From Eledone cirrhosa (lineage: Eukaryota), in contig CAXHJY010001738.1 in assembly GCA_964016885.1 (NCBI GenBank), positions 310,001 to 374,000 on the forward strand: a stretch of DNA of 64,000 nucleotides, read 5' to 3'. Within the stretch, counting starts at the first letter, position 1. Every line of letters begins with the position of its first letter. A program made the position numbers and the translations under genes. Below are positions 38,601 to 52,900 of the stretch, piece after piece. The notes beneath the pieces were generated by a model. That model was given only the letters and a program-made list of their open reading frames with translations. It was not told where the DNA came from and searched no databases.

Positions 38601-39100
38601 CCAGTGTTTGCAGACGGTGGTGCCAGGGTTCGCGGACGCTGGTGCCAGGGTTTGCAGACAGTGGTGTCCAGGTTTGCAGACGGTGGTGTCCGGTTTTGCA
38701 GACGGTGGTGCCCGGGTTTGCAGACGGTGGTGCGAGGGTTTGCAGACGGTGGTGTCCAGGTTTGCAAACGGTGGTGTCCGGGTTTGCAGACGGTGGTGTC
38801 CGGGATTGCAGACGGTGGTGCTAGGTTTTGCGGGAGGTGGTGTCAGGGTTTGCGGGAGATGGTGGCCGGGTTTGCAGACGGTGGTGCCCGGGTTTGCGGG
38901 AGGTGGTGTCCAGGTTTGCAGACGGTGGTGTCCGGGTTTGCAGACGGTGGTGCCCGGATTTGCAGACGGTGGTGCGAGGGTTTGCAGACGGTGGTGTCCA
39001 GGTTTGCAGACGGTGGTGTCCGGGTTTGCAGACGGTGGTGTCCGGGTTTGCAGACGGTGGTGCCAGGGTTTGCGGGAGGTGGTGTCCGGGTTTGCAAGTG
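35700..39100 (+). repeat. Diverged 2,068-bp (94-monomer) duplication with a nested 550-bp (25-monomer) tandem duplication
   Basis: ORF offsets of 2068 (36134/38202, 36351/38419, 36775/38843). TGCCAGTGTT followed by TTCGCGGGCGCT occurs at 36531 and 37081 (offset 550), and GCGAGGATTTG at ~36906 and ~37456. Confidence 0.85.
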
Positions 39101-42100
39101 GTGGTGTCCGGGTTTGCAGACGGTGGTGCCCGGGTTTGCAGACGGTGGTGTCCGGGTTTGCAGACGGTGCTGCCCGGGTTTGCAGACGGTGCTGCCCGGG
39201 TTTGCGGGAGATGGTGCCAGGGTTTGCGGGAGATGGTGCCCGGGTTTGCAGACGGTGGTGTCCGGGTTTGCAGACGGTGGTGTCCGGGTTTGCAGACGGT
39301 GGTGCCAGGGTTTGCGGGAGGTGGTGTCAGGGTTTGCGGGAGATGGTGTCCGGGTTAGCGGGTGCTGGTGCCAGGGTTTGCAGACGGTGGTGCCCGGGTT
39401 TGCAGACGGTGGTGCCAGGGTTTGCGGGAGGTGGTGCCAGGGTTTGCAGACGGTGGTGCCAGGGTTTGCAGACGGTGGTACCAGGGTTTGCAGAGGGTGG
39501 TGTCCGGGTTTGCAGACGGTGGTGCCAGGGTTTGCAGACGGTGGTGTCCGGGTTTGCAGACGGTGGTGCCAGGGTCTGCAGACGGTGGTACCAGGGTTTG
39601 CAGACGGTGGTGCCAGGGTTTGCAGACGGTGGTGCCAGGGTTTGCAGACGGTGGTGTCCGGGTTTGCAGTCGGTGTTGTCCGGGTTTGCAGACGGTGGTG
39701 TCCGGGTTTGCAGACGGTGGTGTCCGGGATTGCAGACGGTGGTGTCCGGGTTTGCAGACGGTGGTGTCCGGGTTTGCAGACGGTGGTGTCCGGGTTTGCA
39801 GACGGTGGTGCCAGGGTTTGCAGACGGTGGTGCCCGGGTTTGCAGACGGTGGTGCCAGGGTTTGCAGACGGTGGTGTCCGGGTTTGCAGACGGTGGTGTC
39901 CGGGTTTGCAGACGGTGGTGTCCGGGATTGCAGACGGTGGTGCCAGGTTTTGCGGGAGGTGGTGTCAGGGTTTGCGGGAGATGGTGCCCGGGTTTGCAGA
40001 CGGTGGTGCCAGGGTTTGCGGGAGGTGGTGTCCGGGTTTGCAGACGGTGCTGTCCGGGTTTGCGGGAGGTGGTGTCCAGGTTTGCAGACGGTGGTGTCCG
40101 GGTTTGCAGACGGTGGTGCCCGGATTTGCAGACGGTGGTGCGAGGGTTTGCAGACGGTGGTGTCCAGGTTTGCAGACGGTGGTGTCCGGGTTTGCAGACG
40201 GTGGTGTCCGGGTTTGCAGACGGTGGTGCCAGGGTTTGCGGGAGGTGGTGTCCGGGTTTGCAAATGGTGGTGTCCGGGGTGGCAGACGGTGGTGCCCGGG
40301 TTTGCAGACGGTGGTGTCCGGGTTTGCAAACGGTGCTGCCCGGGTTTGCAGACGGTGCTGCCCGGGTTTGCGGGAGATGGTGCCAGGGTTTGCGGGAGAT
40401 GGTGCCCGGGTTTGCAGACGGTGTTGTCCGGGTTTGCAGACGGTGGTGTCCGGGTTTGCAGACGGTGGTATCCGGGTTTGCAGACGGTGCTGCCCGGGTT
40501 TGCGGGAGATGGTGCCAGGATTTGCGGTAGATGGTGCCCGGGTTTGCAGACGGTGGTGTCCGGGTTTGCAGACGGTGGTGTCCGGGTTTGCAGACGGTGG
40601 TGTCCGGGTTTGCAGACGGTGGTGCCAGGGTTTGCGGGAGGTGGTGTCCGTGTTTGCGGGAGATGGTGCCCGGGTTTGCAGACGGTGGTGCCCGGGTTTG
40701 CAGACGGTGGTGACAGGGTTAGCGGGAGGTGGTGTCAGGGTTTGCGGGAGATGGTGCCCGGGTTTGCAGACGGTGGTGCCCAGGTTTGCAGACGGTGGTG
40801 CCCGGGTTTGCAGACGGTGGTGCCAGGGTTTGCGGGAGGTGGTGTCAGGGTTTGCAGACGGTGGTGCCCGGGTTTGCAGACGGTGGTGCCAGGGTTTGCG
40901 GGAGGTGGTGTCCGGGTTTGAGGGTGCTGGTGCCAGGGTTTGCAGACGGTGGTGCCCGGGTTTGCAGACGGTGGTGCCAGGGTTTGCGGGAGGTGGTGCT
41001 AGGGTTTGCTGCGGTGGTACCAGGGTTTGCAGACGGTGGTACCAGGGTTTGCAGAGGGTGGTGTCCGGGTTTGCAGCCGGTGGTGCCAGGGTTTGCAGAC
41101 GGTGGTGTCCGGGTTTGCAGACGGTGGTGCCAGGGTCTGCAGACCGTGGTACCAAGGTTTGCAGACGGTGGTGCCAGGGTTTGCAGACGGTGGTGCCAGG
41201 GTTTGCAGACGGTGGTGTCCGTGTTCGCAGACGGTGTTGTCCGGGTTTGCAGACGGTGGTGTCCAGGTTTGCAGACGGTGTTGTCCGGGTTTGCAGACGG
41301 TGGTGTCCCGGTTTGCAGACGGTGGTGTCCGGGTTTGCAGACGGTGGTGTCCGGGTTTGCAGACGGTGGTGTCCGCGATTGCAGACGGTGGTGTCCGGGT
41401 TTGCAACGGTGGTGTCCGGGTTTGCAGACGGTGGTGTCCGGGTTTGCAGACGGTGGTGCCAGGGTTTGCAGACGGTGGTGCCCGGGCTTGCAGACTATGG
41501 TGCCAGGGTTTGCAGACGGTGGTGTCCGGGTTTGCAGACGGTGGTGTCCGGGTTTGCAGATGGTGGTGTCCGGGTTTGCAGACGGTGGTGCCAGGGTTTG
41601 CAGACGGTGGTGTCCGGGTTTGCAGACGGTGGTGTCCGGGTTTGCAGACGGTGGTGTCCGGGTTTTCAGACAGTGGTGTCCGGGTTTGCAGACGGTGGTG
41701 TCCGGGTTTGCAGACGGTGGTGCCAGGGTTTGCGGGAGGTGATGTCCGGGTTTGCAGACGGTGGTGTCAGGGTTTGCGGGAGGTGATGTCCGGGTTTGCA
41801 GACGGTGGTGTCAGGGTTTGCGGGAGGTGGTGTCAGGGTTTGCGGGAGGTTGTGTCCGGGTTTGCAGACGGTGGTGCCAGGGTTTGCGGGAGGTGGTGTC
41901 CGGGTTTGCAGACGGTGGTGCCATGGTTTGCAGACGGTGGTGTCAGGGTTTGCGGGAGGTTGTGTCCGGGTTTGCAGACGGTGGTGCCAGGGTTTTCAGA
42001 CGGTGGTGCCAGGGTTTGCAGACGGTGGTTCCAGGGTTTGCGGGAGGTGGTGTCAGGGTTTGCAGACGGTGGTGCAATGGTTTGCAGACGGTGGTGTCAG

Positions 42101-42899
42101 GGTTTGCGGGAGGTGGTGTCAGGGTTTGCAGACGGTGGTGTCCGGGTTTGCAGACGGTGGTGCACGGGTTTGCAGACGGTGGTGTCCGGGTTTGCAGACG
42201 GTGGTGCCAGGGTTTGCGGGAGGTGGTGTCCGGGTTTGAAGATGGTGGTGTCCGGGTTTGCAGACGGTGGTGCCAGGGTTTGCGGGAGGTGGTGTCAGGG
42301 TTTGCATACGGTGGTGCCCCTGTTTGCAGACGGTGGTGCCAGGGCTTGCAGACGGTGGTGCCAGGGTTTGCAGACGGTGGTGCCAGGGTTTGCTGACGGT
42401 GGTACCAGGGTTTGCAGACGGTGGTACCAGGGTTTGCAGACGGTGGTACCAGGGTTTGCAGACGGTGGTGCCCGTGTTTGCAGACGGTGGTGCCAGGCTT
42501 TGCGGGAGGTGGTGTCAGGGTTTGCAAACGGTGGTGCACGGGTTTGCAGACGGTGGTGCAAGGGTTTGCGGGAGGTGCTGTCAGGGTTTGCAGACGGTGG
42601 TGCACGGGTTTGCAGACGATGGTGCAAGGGTTTGCGGGAGGTGGTGTCAGGGTTTGCAGACGGTGGTGCACGGGTTTGCGGGAGGTGGTGTCAGGGTTTG
42701 CGGGTGATGGTGCCCGGGTTTGCAGACGGTGGTGCCCGGGTTTGCAGACGGTGGTGCACGGGTTTGCAGACGGTGGTGCCAGGGTTTGCGGGAGGTGGTG
42801 TTAGGGTTTGCAGACGGTGGTGCACGGGTTTGCAGACGGTGGTGCAAGGGTTTGCGGGAGGTGGTGTCAGGGTTTGCGGGTGATGGTGCCCGGGTTTGC

Positions 42900-43960
42900 A
42901 GACGGTGGTGCCCGGGTTTGCAGACGGTGGTGCCCGGGTTTGCAGACGGTGGTGCCAGGGTTTGCAGACGGTGGTGCCAGGGTTTGCAGATGCTGGTGCC
43001 AGGGTTTGCAGACGGTTGTGTCCGGGTTTGCAGACGGTGGTGTCCGAGTTTGCAGACGGTGGTGTCCGGGTTTGTAGACGGTGGTGCCAGGGTCTGCAGA
43101 CGGTGGTGCCCGGGTTTGCAGACGGTGGTGCCAGGGTTTGCAGACGGTGGTGCCAGGGTTTGCAGACGGTGGTGCCAGGGTTCGCGGACGCTGGTGCCAG
43201 GGTTTGCAGACGGTGGTGTCCGGGTTTGCAGACGGTGGTGCCAGGGTTCGCAGACGCTGGTGCCAGTGTTTGCAGACGGTGGTGCCAGGGTTCGCGGACG
43301 CTGGTGCCAGGGTTTGCAGACGGTGGTGCGCGGGTTTGCAGACGGTGGTGCCAGGGTCTGCAGACCGTGGTACCAAGGTTTGCAGACGGTGGTGCCAGGG
43401 TTTGCAGACGGTGGTGCCAGGGTTTGCAGACGGTGGTGCCAGGGTCTGCAGACCGTGGTACCAAGGTTTGCAGACGGTGGTGCCAGGGTTTGCAGACGGT
43501 GGTGCCAGGGTTTGCAGACGGTGGTGAACGGGTTTGCAGACGGTGGTGCCCGGGTTTGCAGACGGTGGTGCCAGGGTTTGCAGACGGTGGTGCCAGGGTT
43601 TGCAGATGCTGGTGCCAGGGTTTGCAGACGGTTGTGTCCGGGTTTGCAGACGGTGGTGTCCGAGTTTGCAGACGGTGGTGTCCGGGTTTGTAGACGGTGG
43701 TGCCAGGGTCTGCAGACGGTGGTGCCCGGGTTTGCAGACGGTGGTGCCAGGGTTTGCAGACGGTGGTGCCAGGGTTTGTAGACGGTGGTGCCAGGGTTCG
43801 CGGACGCTGGTGCCAGGGTTTGCAGACGGTGGTGTCCGGGTTTGCAGACGGTGGTGCCAGGGTTCGCAGACGCTGGTGCCAGTGTTTGCAGACGGTGGTG
43901 CCAGGGTTCGCGGACGCTGGTGCCAGGGTTTGCAGACGGTGGTGCGCGGGTTTGCAGACG
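42900..43960 (+). repeat. 616-bp (28-monomer) duplication enclosing an 88-bp (4-monomer) duplication
   Basis: ORF pair 43081/43697. GGGTCTGCAGACCGTGGTACCAAGG occurs at 43354 and 43442. Confidence 0.8.
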
Positions 43961-43989
43961 GTGGTGTCAGGGTTTGCAGACGGTGGTGT

Positions 43990-46900
43990 CCGGGTTTGCA
44001 GACGGTGGTGTCCGGGTTTGCAGACGGTGGTGCCAGGGTTTGCGGACGGTGGTGCCAGGGTTTGCGGGAGGTGGTGTCCAGGTTTGCAGACGGTGGTGTC
44101 CGGTTTTGCAGACGGTGGTGCCCGGGTTTGCAGACGGTGGTGCGAGGGTTTGCAGACGGTGGTGTCCAGGTTTGCAGACGGTGGTGTCCGGGTTTGCAGA
44201 CGGTGGTGTCCGGGATTGCAGACGGTGGTGCCAGGTTTTGCGGGAGGTGGTGTCAGGGTTTGCGGGAGATGGTGCCCGGGTTTGCAGACGGTGGTGCCCG
44301 GGTTTGCGGGAGGTGGTGTCCAGGTTTGCAGACGGTGGTGTCCGGGTTTGCAGACGGTGGTGCCCGGATTTGCAGACGGTGGTGCGAGGGTTTGCAGACG
44401 GTGGTGTCCAGGTTTGCAGACGGTGGTGTCCGGGTTTGAAGACGGTGGTGTCCGGGTTTGCAGACGGTGGTGCCAGGGTTTGCGGGAGGTGGTGTCCGGG
44501 TTTGCAAATGGTGGTGTCCGGGTTTGCAGACGGTGGTGCCCGGGTTTGCAGACGGTGGTGTCCGGGTTTGCAGACGGTGCTGCCCGGGTTAGCAGACGGT
44601 GCTGCCCGGGTTTGCGGGAGATGGTGCCAGGGTTTGCGGGAGATGATGCTCGGGTTTGCAGACGGTGGTGTCCGGGTTTGCAGACGGTGGTGTCCGGGTT
44701 TGCAGACGGTGGTATCCGGGTTTGCAGACGGTGCTGCCCGGGTTTGCGGGAGATGGTGCCAGGGTTTGCGGGAGATGGTGCCCGGGTTTGCAGACGGTGG
44801 TGTCCGTGTTTGCAGACGGTGGTGTCCGGGTTTGCAGACGGTGGTGTCCGGGTTTGCAGACGGTGGTGCCAGGGTTTGCGGGAGGTGGTGTCAGGGTTTG
44901 CGGGAGATGGTGCCCGGGTTTGCAGAGGGTGGTGTCCGGGTTTGCAGACGGTGGTGACAGGGTTAGCGGGAGGTGGTGTCAGGGTTTGCGGGAGATGGTG
45001 CCCGGGTTTGCAGACGGTGGTGCCCAGGTTTGCAGACGGTGGTGCCCGGGTTTGCAGACGGTGGTGCCAGGGTTTGCGGGAGGTGGTGTCAGGGTTTGCA
45101 GACGGTGGTGCCAGGTTTTGCGGGAGGTGGTGTCCGGGTTTGCGGGAGGTGGTGTCAGGGTTTGCAGACGGTGGTGCCCGGGTTTGCAGACGGTGGTGCC
45201 AGGGTTTGCGGGAGGTGGTGCTAGGGTTTGCAGACGGTGGTACCAGGGTTTGCAGACGGTGGTACTAGGGTTTGCCGAGGGTGGTGTCCGGGTTTGCAGA
45301 CGGTGGTGCCAGGGTTTGCAGACGGTGGTGTCCGGGTTTGCAGACGGTGGTGCCAGCGTCTGCAGACGGTGGTACCAGGGTTTGCAGACGGTGGTGCCAG
45401 GGTTTGCAGACGGTGGTGCCAGGGTTTGCACACGGTGGTGTCCGTGTTTGCAGACGGTGGTGTCCGGGTTTGCAGACGGTGGTGTCCGGGTTTGCAGACG
45501 GTGTTGTCCGGGTTTGCAGACGGTGGTGTCCGGGTTTGCAGACGGTGGTGTACGGGTTTGCAGACGGTGGTGTCCGGGTTTGCAGACGGTGGTGTCCGGG
45601 TTTGCAGACGGTGGTGCCAGGGTTTGCAGACGGTGGTGCCCGGGTTTGCAGACGGTGGTGCCAGGGTTTGCGGACGGTGGTGCCAGGGTTTGCGGGAGGT
45701 GGTGTCCAGGTTTGCAGACGGTGGTGTCCGGTTTTGCAGACGGTGGTGCCCGGGTTTGCAGACGGTGGTGCGAGGGTTTGCAGACGGTAGTGTCCAGGTT
45801 TGCAGACGGTGGTGTCCGGGTTTGCAGACGGTGGTGTCCGGGATTGCAGACGGTGGTGCCAGGTTTTGCGGGAGGTGGTGTCAGGGTTTGCGGGAGATGG
45901 TGCCCGGGTTTGCAGACGGTGGTGCCCGGGTTTGCGGGAGGTGGTGTCCAGGGTTTGCGGGAGGTGGTGTCCGGGTTTGCAGACGGTGGTGCCATGGTTT
46001 GCAGACGGTGGTGTCAGGGTTTGCGGGAGGTTGTGTCCGGGTTTGCAGACGGTGGTGCCAGGGTTTTCAGACGGTGGTGCCAGGGTTTGCAGACGGTGGT
46101 TCCAGGGTTTGCGGGAGGTGGTGTCAGGGTTTGCAGACGGTGGTGCCATGGTTTGCAGACGGTGGTGTCAGGGTTTGCGGGAGGTGGTGTCAGGGTTTGC
46201 AGACGGTGGTGTCCGGGTTTGCAGACGGTGGTGCACGGGTTTGCAGACGGTGGTGTCCGGGTTTGCAGACGGTGGTGCCAGGGTTTGCGGGAGGTGGTGT
46301 CCGGGTTTGAAGATGGTGGTGTCCGGGTTTGCAGACGGTGGTGCCAGGGTTTGCGGGAGGTGGTGTCAGGATTTGCATACGGTGGTGCCAGGGCTTGCAG
46401 AGGGTGGTGCCAGGGTTTGCAGACGGTGGTGCCAGGGTTTGCTGACGGTGGTACAAGGGTTTGCAGACGGTGGTACCAGGGTTTGCAGACGGTGGTACCA
46501 GGGTTTGCAGACGGTGGTGCCCGTGTTTGCAGACGGTGGTGCCAGGGTTTGCGGGAGGTGGTGTCAGGGTTTGCAAACGGTGGTGCACGGGTTTGCAGAC
46601 GGTGGTGCAAGGGTTTGCGGGAGGTGGTGTCAGGGTTTGCAGACGGTGGTGCACGGGTTTGCAGACGATGGTGCAAGGGTTTGCGGGAGGTGGTGTCAGG
46701 GTTTGCAGACGGTGGTGCACGGGTTTGCGGGAGGTGGTGTCAGGGTTTGCGGGTGATGGTGCCCGGGTTTGCAGACGGTGGTGCCCGGGTTTGCAGACGG
46801 TGGTGCCCGGGTTTGCAGACGGTGGTGCCAGGGTTTGCGGGAGGTGGTGTCAGGGTTTGCAGACGGTGGTGCACGGGTTTGCAGACGGTGGTGCAAGGGT

Positions 46901-49900
46901 TTGCGGGAGGTGGTGTCAGGGTTTGCGGGTGATGGTGCCCGGGTTTGCAGACGGTGGTGCCCGGGTTTGCAGACGGTGGTGCCCGGGTTTGCAGACGGTG
47001 GTGCCAGGGTTTGCAGACGGTGGTGCCAGGGTTTGCAGATGCTGGTGCCAGGGTTTGCAGACGGTTGTGTCCGGGTTAGCAGACGGTGGTTTCCGGGTTT
47101 GCAGACGGTGGTGTCCGGGTTTGCAGACGGTGGTGTCCGGGTTTGCAGACGGTGGTGCCAGGGTTTGCAGACGGTGGTGCCAGGGTTTGCAGACGGTGGT
47201 GCCAGGGTTCGCGGACGCTGGTGCCAGGGTTTGCAGACGGTGGTGTCCGGGTTTGCAGACGGTGGTGCCAGGGTTCGCAGACGCTGGTGCCAGTGTTTGC
47301 AGACGGTGGTGCCAGGGTTCGCGGACGCTGGTGCCAGGGTTTGCAGACGGTGGTGCCCGGGTTTGCAGACGGTGGTGCCAGGGTTTGCACACGGTGGTGT
47401 CCGTGTTTGCAGACGGTGGTGTCCGGGTTTGCAGACGGTGGTGTCCGGGTTTGCAGACGGTGTTGTCCGGGTTTGCAGACGGTGGTGTCCGGGTTTGCAG
47501 ACGGTGGTGTACGGGTTTGCAGACGGTGGTGTCCGGGTTTGCAGACGGTGGTGTCCGGGATTGCAGACGGTGGTGCCAGGGTTTGCAGACGGTGGTGCCC
47601 GGGTTTGCAGACGGTGGTGCCAGGGTTTGCGGACGGTGGTGCCAGGGTTTGCGGGAGGTGGTGTCCAGGTTTGCAGACGGTGGTGTCCGGTTATGCAGAC
47701 GGTGGTGCCCGGGTTTGCAGACGGTGGTGCGAGGGTTTGCAGACGGTAGTGTCCAGGTTTGCAGACGGTGGTGTCCGGGTTTGCAGACGGTGGTGTCCGG
47801 GATTGCAGACGGTGGTGCCAGGTTTTGCGGGAGGTGGTGTCAGGGTTTGCGGGAGATGGTGCCCGGGTTTGCAGACGGTGGTGCCCGGGTTTGCGGGAGG
47901 TGGTGTCCAGGGTTTGCGGGAGGTGGTGTCCGGGTTTGCAGACGGTGGTGCCATGGTTTGCAGACGGTGGTGTCAGGGTTTGCGGGAGGTTGTGTCCGGG
48001 TTTGCAGACGGTGGTGCCAGGGTTTTCAGACGGTGGTGCCAGGGTTTGCAGACGGTGGTTCCAGGGTTTGCGGGAGGTGGTGTCAGGGTTTGCAGACGGT
48101 GGTGCCATGGTTTGCAGACGGTGGTGTCAGGGTTTGCGGGAGGTGGTGTCAGGGTTTGCAGACGGTGGTGTCCGGGTTTGCAGACGGTGGTGCACGGGTT
48201 TGCAGACGGTGGTGTCCGGGTTTGCAGACGGTGGTGCCAGGGTTTGCGGGAGGTGGTGTCCGGGTTTGAAGATGGTGGTGTCCGGGTTTGCAGACGGTGG
48301 TGCCAGGGTTTGCGGGAGGTGGTGTCAGGGTTTGCATACGGTGGTGCCCCTGTTTGCAGACGGTGGTGCCAGGGCTTGCAGACGGTGGTGCCAGGGTTTG
48401 CAGACGGTGGTGCCAGGGTTTGCTGACGGTGGTACAAGGGTTTGCAGACGGTGGTACCAGGGTTTGCAGACGGTGGTACCAGGGTTTGCAGACGGTGGTG
48501 CCCGTGTTTGCAGACGGTGGTGCCAGGGTTTGCGGGAGGTGGTGTCAGGGTTTGCAAACGGTGGTGCACGGGTTTGCAGACGGTGGTGCAAGGGTTTGCG
48601 GGAGGTGGTGTCAGGGTTTGCAGACGGTGGTGCACGGGTTTGCAGACGATGGTGCAAGGGTTTGCGGGAGGTGGTGTCAGGGTTTGCAGACGGTGGTGCA
48701 CGGGTTTGCGGGAGGTGGTGTCAGGGTTTGCGGGTGATGGTGCCCGGGTTTGCAGACGGTGGTGCCCGGGTTTGCAGACGGTGGTGCCCGGGTTTGCAGA
48801 CGGTGGTGCCAGGGTTTGCAGGAGGTGGTGTCAGGGTTTGCAGACGGTGGTGCACGGGTTTGCAGACGGTGGTGCAAGGGTTTGCGGGAGGTGGTGTCAG
48901 GGTTTGCGGGTGATGGTGCCCGGGTTTGCAGACGGTGGTGCCCGGGTTTGCAGACGGTGGTGTCCGGGTTTGCAGACGGTGGTGCCAGGGTTTGCGGACG
49001 GTGGTGCCAGGGTTTGCGGGAGGTGGTGTCCAGGTTTGCAGACGGTGGTGTCCGGTTTTGCAGACGGTGGTGCCCGGGTTTGCAGACGGTGGTGCGAGGG
49101 TTTGCAGACGGTGGTGTCCAGGTTTGCAGACGGTGGTGTCCGGGTTTGCAGACGGTGGTGTCCGGGATTGCAGACGGTGGTGCCAGGTTTTGCGGGAGGT
49201 GGTGTCAGGGTGTGCGGGAGATGGTGCCCGGGTTTGCAGACGGTGGTGCCCGGGTTTGCGGGAGGTGGTGTCCAGGTTTGCAGACGGTGGTGTCCGGGTT
49301 TGCAGACGGTGGTGCCCGGATTTGCAGACGGTGGTGCGAGGGTTTGCAGACGGTGGTGTCCAGGTTTGCAGACGGTGGTGTCCGGGTTTGAAGACGGTGG
49401 TGTCCGGGTTTGCAGACGGTGGTGCCAGGGTTTGCGGGAGGTGGTGTCCGGGTTTGCAAATGGTGGTGTCCGGGTTTGCAGACGGTGGTGCCCGGGTTTG
49501 CAGACGGTGGTGTCCGGGTTTGCAGACGGTGCTGCCCGGGTTAGCAGACGGTGCTGCCCGGGTTTGCGGGAGATGGTGCCAGGGTTTGCGGGAGATGATG
49601 CTCGGGTTTGCAGACGGTGGTGTCCGGGTTTGCAGACGGTGGTGTCCGGGTTTGCAGACGGTGGTATCCGGGTTTGCAGACGGTGCTGCCCGGGTTTGCG
49701 GGAGATGGTGCCAGGGTTTGCGGGAGATGGTGCCCGGGTTTGCAGACGGTGGTGTCCGTGTTTGCAGACGGTGGTGTCCGGGTTTGCAGACGGTGGTGTC
49801 CGGGTTTGCAGACGGTGGTGCCAGGGTTTGCGGGAGGTGGTGTCAGGGTTTGCGGGAGATGGTGCCCGGGTTTGCAGAGGGTGGTGCCCGGGTTTGCAGA

Positions 49901-52900
49901 CGGTGGTGACAGGGTTAGCGGGAGGTGGTGTCAGGGTTTGCGGGAGATGGTGCCCGGGTTTGCAGACGGTGGTGCCCAGGTTTGCAGACGGTGGTGCCCG
50001 GGTTTGCAGACGGTGGTGCCAGGGTTTGCGGGAGGTGGTGTCAGGGTTTGCAGACGGTGGTGCCAGGTTTTGCGGGAGGTGGTGTCCGGGTTTGCGGGAG
50101 GTGGTGTCAGGGTTTGCAGACGGTGGTGCCCGGGTTTGCAGACGGTGGTGCCAGGGTTTGCGGGAGGTGGTGCTAGGGTTTGCAGACGGTGGTACCAGGG
50201 TTTGCAGACGGTGGTACTAGGGTTTGCCGAGGGTGGTGTCCGGGTTTGCAGACGGTGGTGCCAGGGTTTGCAGACGGTGGTGTCCGGGTTTGCAGACGGT
50301 GGTGCCAGCGTCTGCAGACGGTGGTACCAGGGTTTGCAGACGGTGGTGCCAGGGTTTGCAGACGGTGGTGCCAGGGTTTGCACACGGTGGTGTCCGTGTT
50401 TGCAGACGGTGGTGTCCGGGTTTGCAGACGGTGGTGTCCGGGTTTGCAGACGGTGTTGTCCGGGTTTGCAGACGGTGGTGTCCGGGTTTGCAGACGGTGG
50501 TGTACGGGTTTGCAGACGGTGGTGTCCGGGTTTGCAGACGGTGGTGTCCGGGTTTGCAGACGGTGGTGCCAGGGTTTGCAGACGGTGGTGCCCGGGTTTG
50601 CAGACGGTGGTGCCAGGGTTTGCGGACGGTGGTGCCAGGGTTTGCGGGAGGTGGTGTCCAGGTTTGCAGACGGTGGTGTCCGGTTTTGCAGACGGTGGTG
50701 CCCGGGTTTGCAGACGGTGGTGCGAGGGTTTGCAGACGGTAGTGTCCAGGTTTGCAGACGGTGGTGTCCGGGTTTGCAGACGGTGGTGTCCGGGATTGCA
50801 GACGGTGGTGCCAGGTTTTGCGGGAGGTGGTGTCAGGGTTTGCGGGAGATGGTGCCCGGGTTTGCAGACGGTGGTGCCCGGGTTTGCGGGAGGTGGTGTC
50901 CAGGGTTTGCGGGAGGTGGTGTCCGGGTTTGCAGACGGTGGTGCCATGGTTTGCAGACGGTGGTGTCAGGGTTTGCGGGAGGTTGTGTCCGGGTTTGCAG
51001 ACGGTGGTGCCAGGGTTTTCAGACGGTGGTGCCAGGGTTTGCAGACGGTGGTTCCAGGGTTTGCGGGAGGTGGTGTCAGGGTTTGCAGACGGTGGTGCCA
51101 TGGTTTGCAGACGGTGGTGTCAGGGTTTGCGGGAGGTGGTGTCAGGGTTTGCAGACGGTGGTGTCCGGGTTTGCAGACGGTGGTGCACGGGTTTGCAGAC
51201 GGTGGTGTCCGGGTTTGCAGACGGTGGTGCCAGGGTTTGCGGGAGGTGGTGTCCGGGTTTGAAGATGGTGGTGTCCGGGTTTGCAGACGGTGGTGCCAGG
51301 GTTTGCGGGAGGTGGTGTCAGGGTTTGCATACGGTGGTGCCAGGGCTTGCAGAGGGTGGTGCCAGGGTTTGCAGACGGTGGTGCCAGGGTTTGCTGACGG
51401 TGGTACAAGGGTTTGCAGACGGTGGTACCAGGGTTTGCAGACGGTGGTACCAGGGTTTGCAGACGGTGGTGCCCGTGTTTGCAGACGGTGGTGCCAGGGT
51501 TTGCGGGAGGTGGTGTCAGGGTTTGCAAACGGTGGTGCACGGGTTTGCAGACGGTGGTGCAAGGGTTTGCGGGAGGTGGTGTCAGGGTTTGCAGACGGTG
51601 GTGCACGGGTTTGCAGACGATGGTGCAAGGGTTTGCGGGAGGTGGTGTCAGGGTTTGCAGACGGTGGTGCACGGGTTTGCGGGAGGTGGTGTCAGGGTTT
51701 GCGGGTGATTGTGCCCGGGTTTGCAGACGGTGGTGCCCGGGTTTGCAGACGGTGGTGCCCGGGTTTGCAGACGGTGGTGCCAGGGTTTGCGGGAGGTGGT
51801 GTCAGGGTTTGCAGACGGTGGTGCACGGGTTTGCAGACGGTGGTGCAAGGGTTTGCGGGAGGTGGTGTCAGGGTTTGCGGGTGATGGTGCCCGGGTTTGC
51901 AGACGGTGGTGCCCGGGTTTGCAGACGGTGGTGCCCGGGTTTGCAGACGGTGGTGCCAGGGTTTGCAGACGGTGGTGCCAGGGTTTGCAGATGCTGGTGC
52001 CAGGGTTTGCAGACGGTTGTGTCCGGGTTAGCAGACGGTGGTTTCCGGGTTTGCAGACGGTGGTGTCCGGGTTTGCAGACGGTGGTGTCCGGGTTTGTAG
52101 ACGGTGGTGCCAGGGTCTGCAGACGGTGGTGCCCGGGTTTGCAGACAGTGGTGCCAGGGTTTGCAGACGGTGGTGCCAGGGTTTGCAGACGGTGGTGCCA
52201 GGGTTCGCGGACGCTGGTGCCAGGGTTTGCAGACGGTGGTGTCCGGGTTTGCAGACGGTGGTGCCAGGGTTCGCAGACGCTGGTGCCAGTGTTTGCAGAC
52301 GGTGGTGCCAGGGTTCGCGGACGCTGGTGCCAGGGTTTGCAGACGGTGGTGCCCGGGTTTGCAGACGGTGGTGCCAGGGTTTGCACACGGTGGTGTCCGT
52401 GTTTGCAGACGGTGGTGTCCGGGTTTGCAGACGGTGGTGTCCGGGTTTGCAGACGGTGTTGTCCGGGTTTGCAGACGGTGGTGTCCGGGTTTGCAGACGG
52501 TGGTGTACGGGTTTGCAGACGGTGGTGTCCGGGTTTGCAGACGGTGGTGTCCGGGATTGCAGACGGTGGTGCCAGGGTTTGCAGACGGTGGTGCCCGGGT
52601 TTGCAGACGGTGGTGCCAGGGTTTGCGGACGGTGGTGCCAGGGTTTGCGGGAGGTGGTGTCCAGGTTTGCAGACGGTGGTGTCCGGTTATGCAGACGGTG
52701 GTGCCCGGGTTTGCAGACGGTGGTGCGAGGGTTTGCAGACGGTAGTGTCCAGGTTTGCAGACGGTGGTGTCCGGGTTTGCAGACGGTGGTGTCCGGGATT
52801 GCAGACGGTGGTGCCAGGTTTTGCGGGAGGTGGTGTCAGGGTTTGCGGGAGATGGTGCCCGGGTTTGCAGACGGTGGTGCCCGGGTTTGCGGGAGGTGGT

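Noticed and set aside
37695-42812. Canonical telomere motifs (AGGGTTAG at ~37701 and ~40715, TTAGGG at 42801)
   Set aside because: These are isolated single-base variants of the monomer and never form tandem TTAGGG or TTTAGGG tracts.
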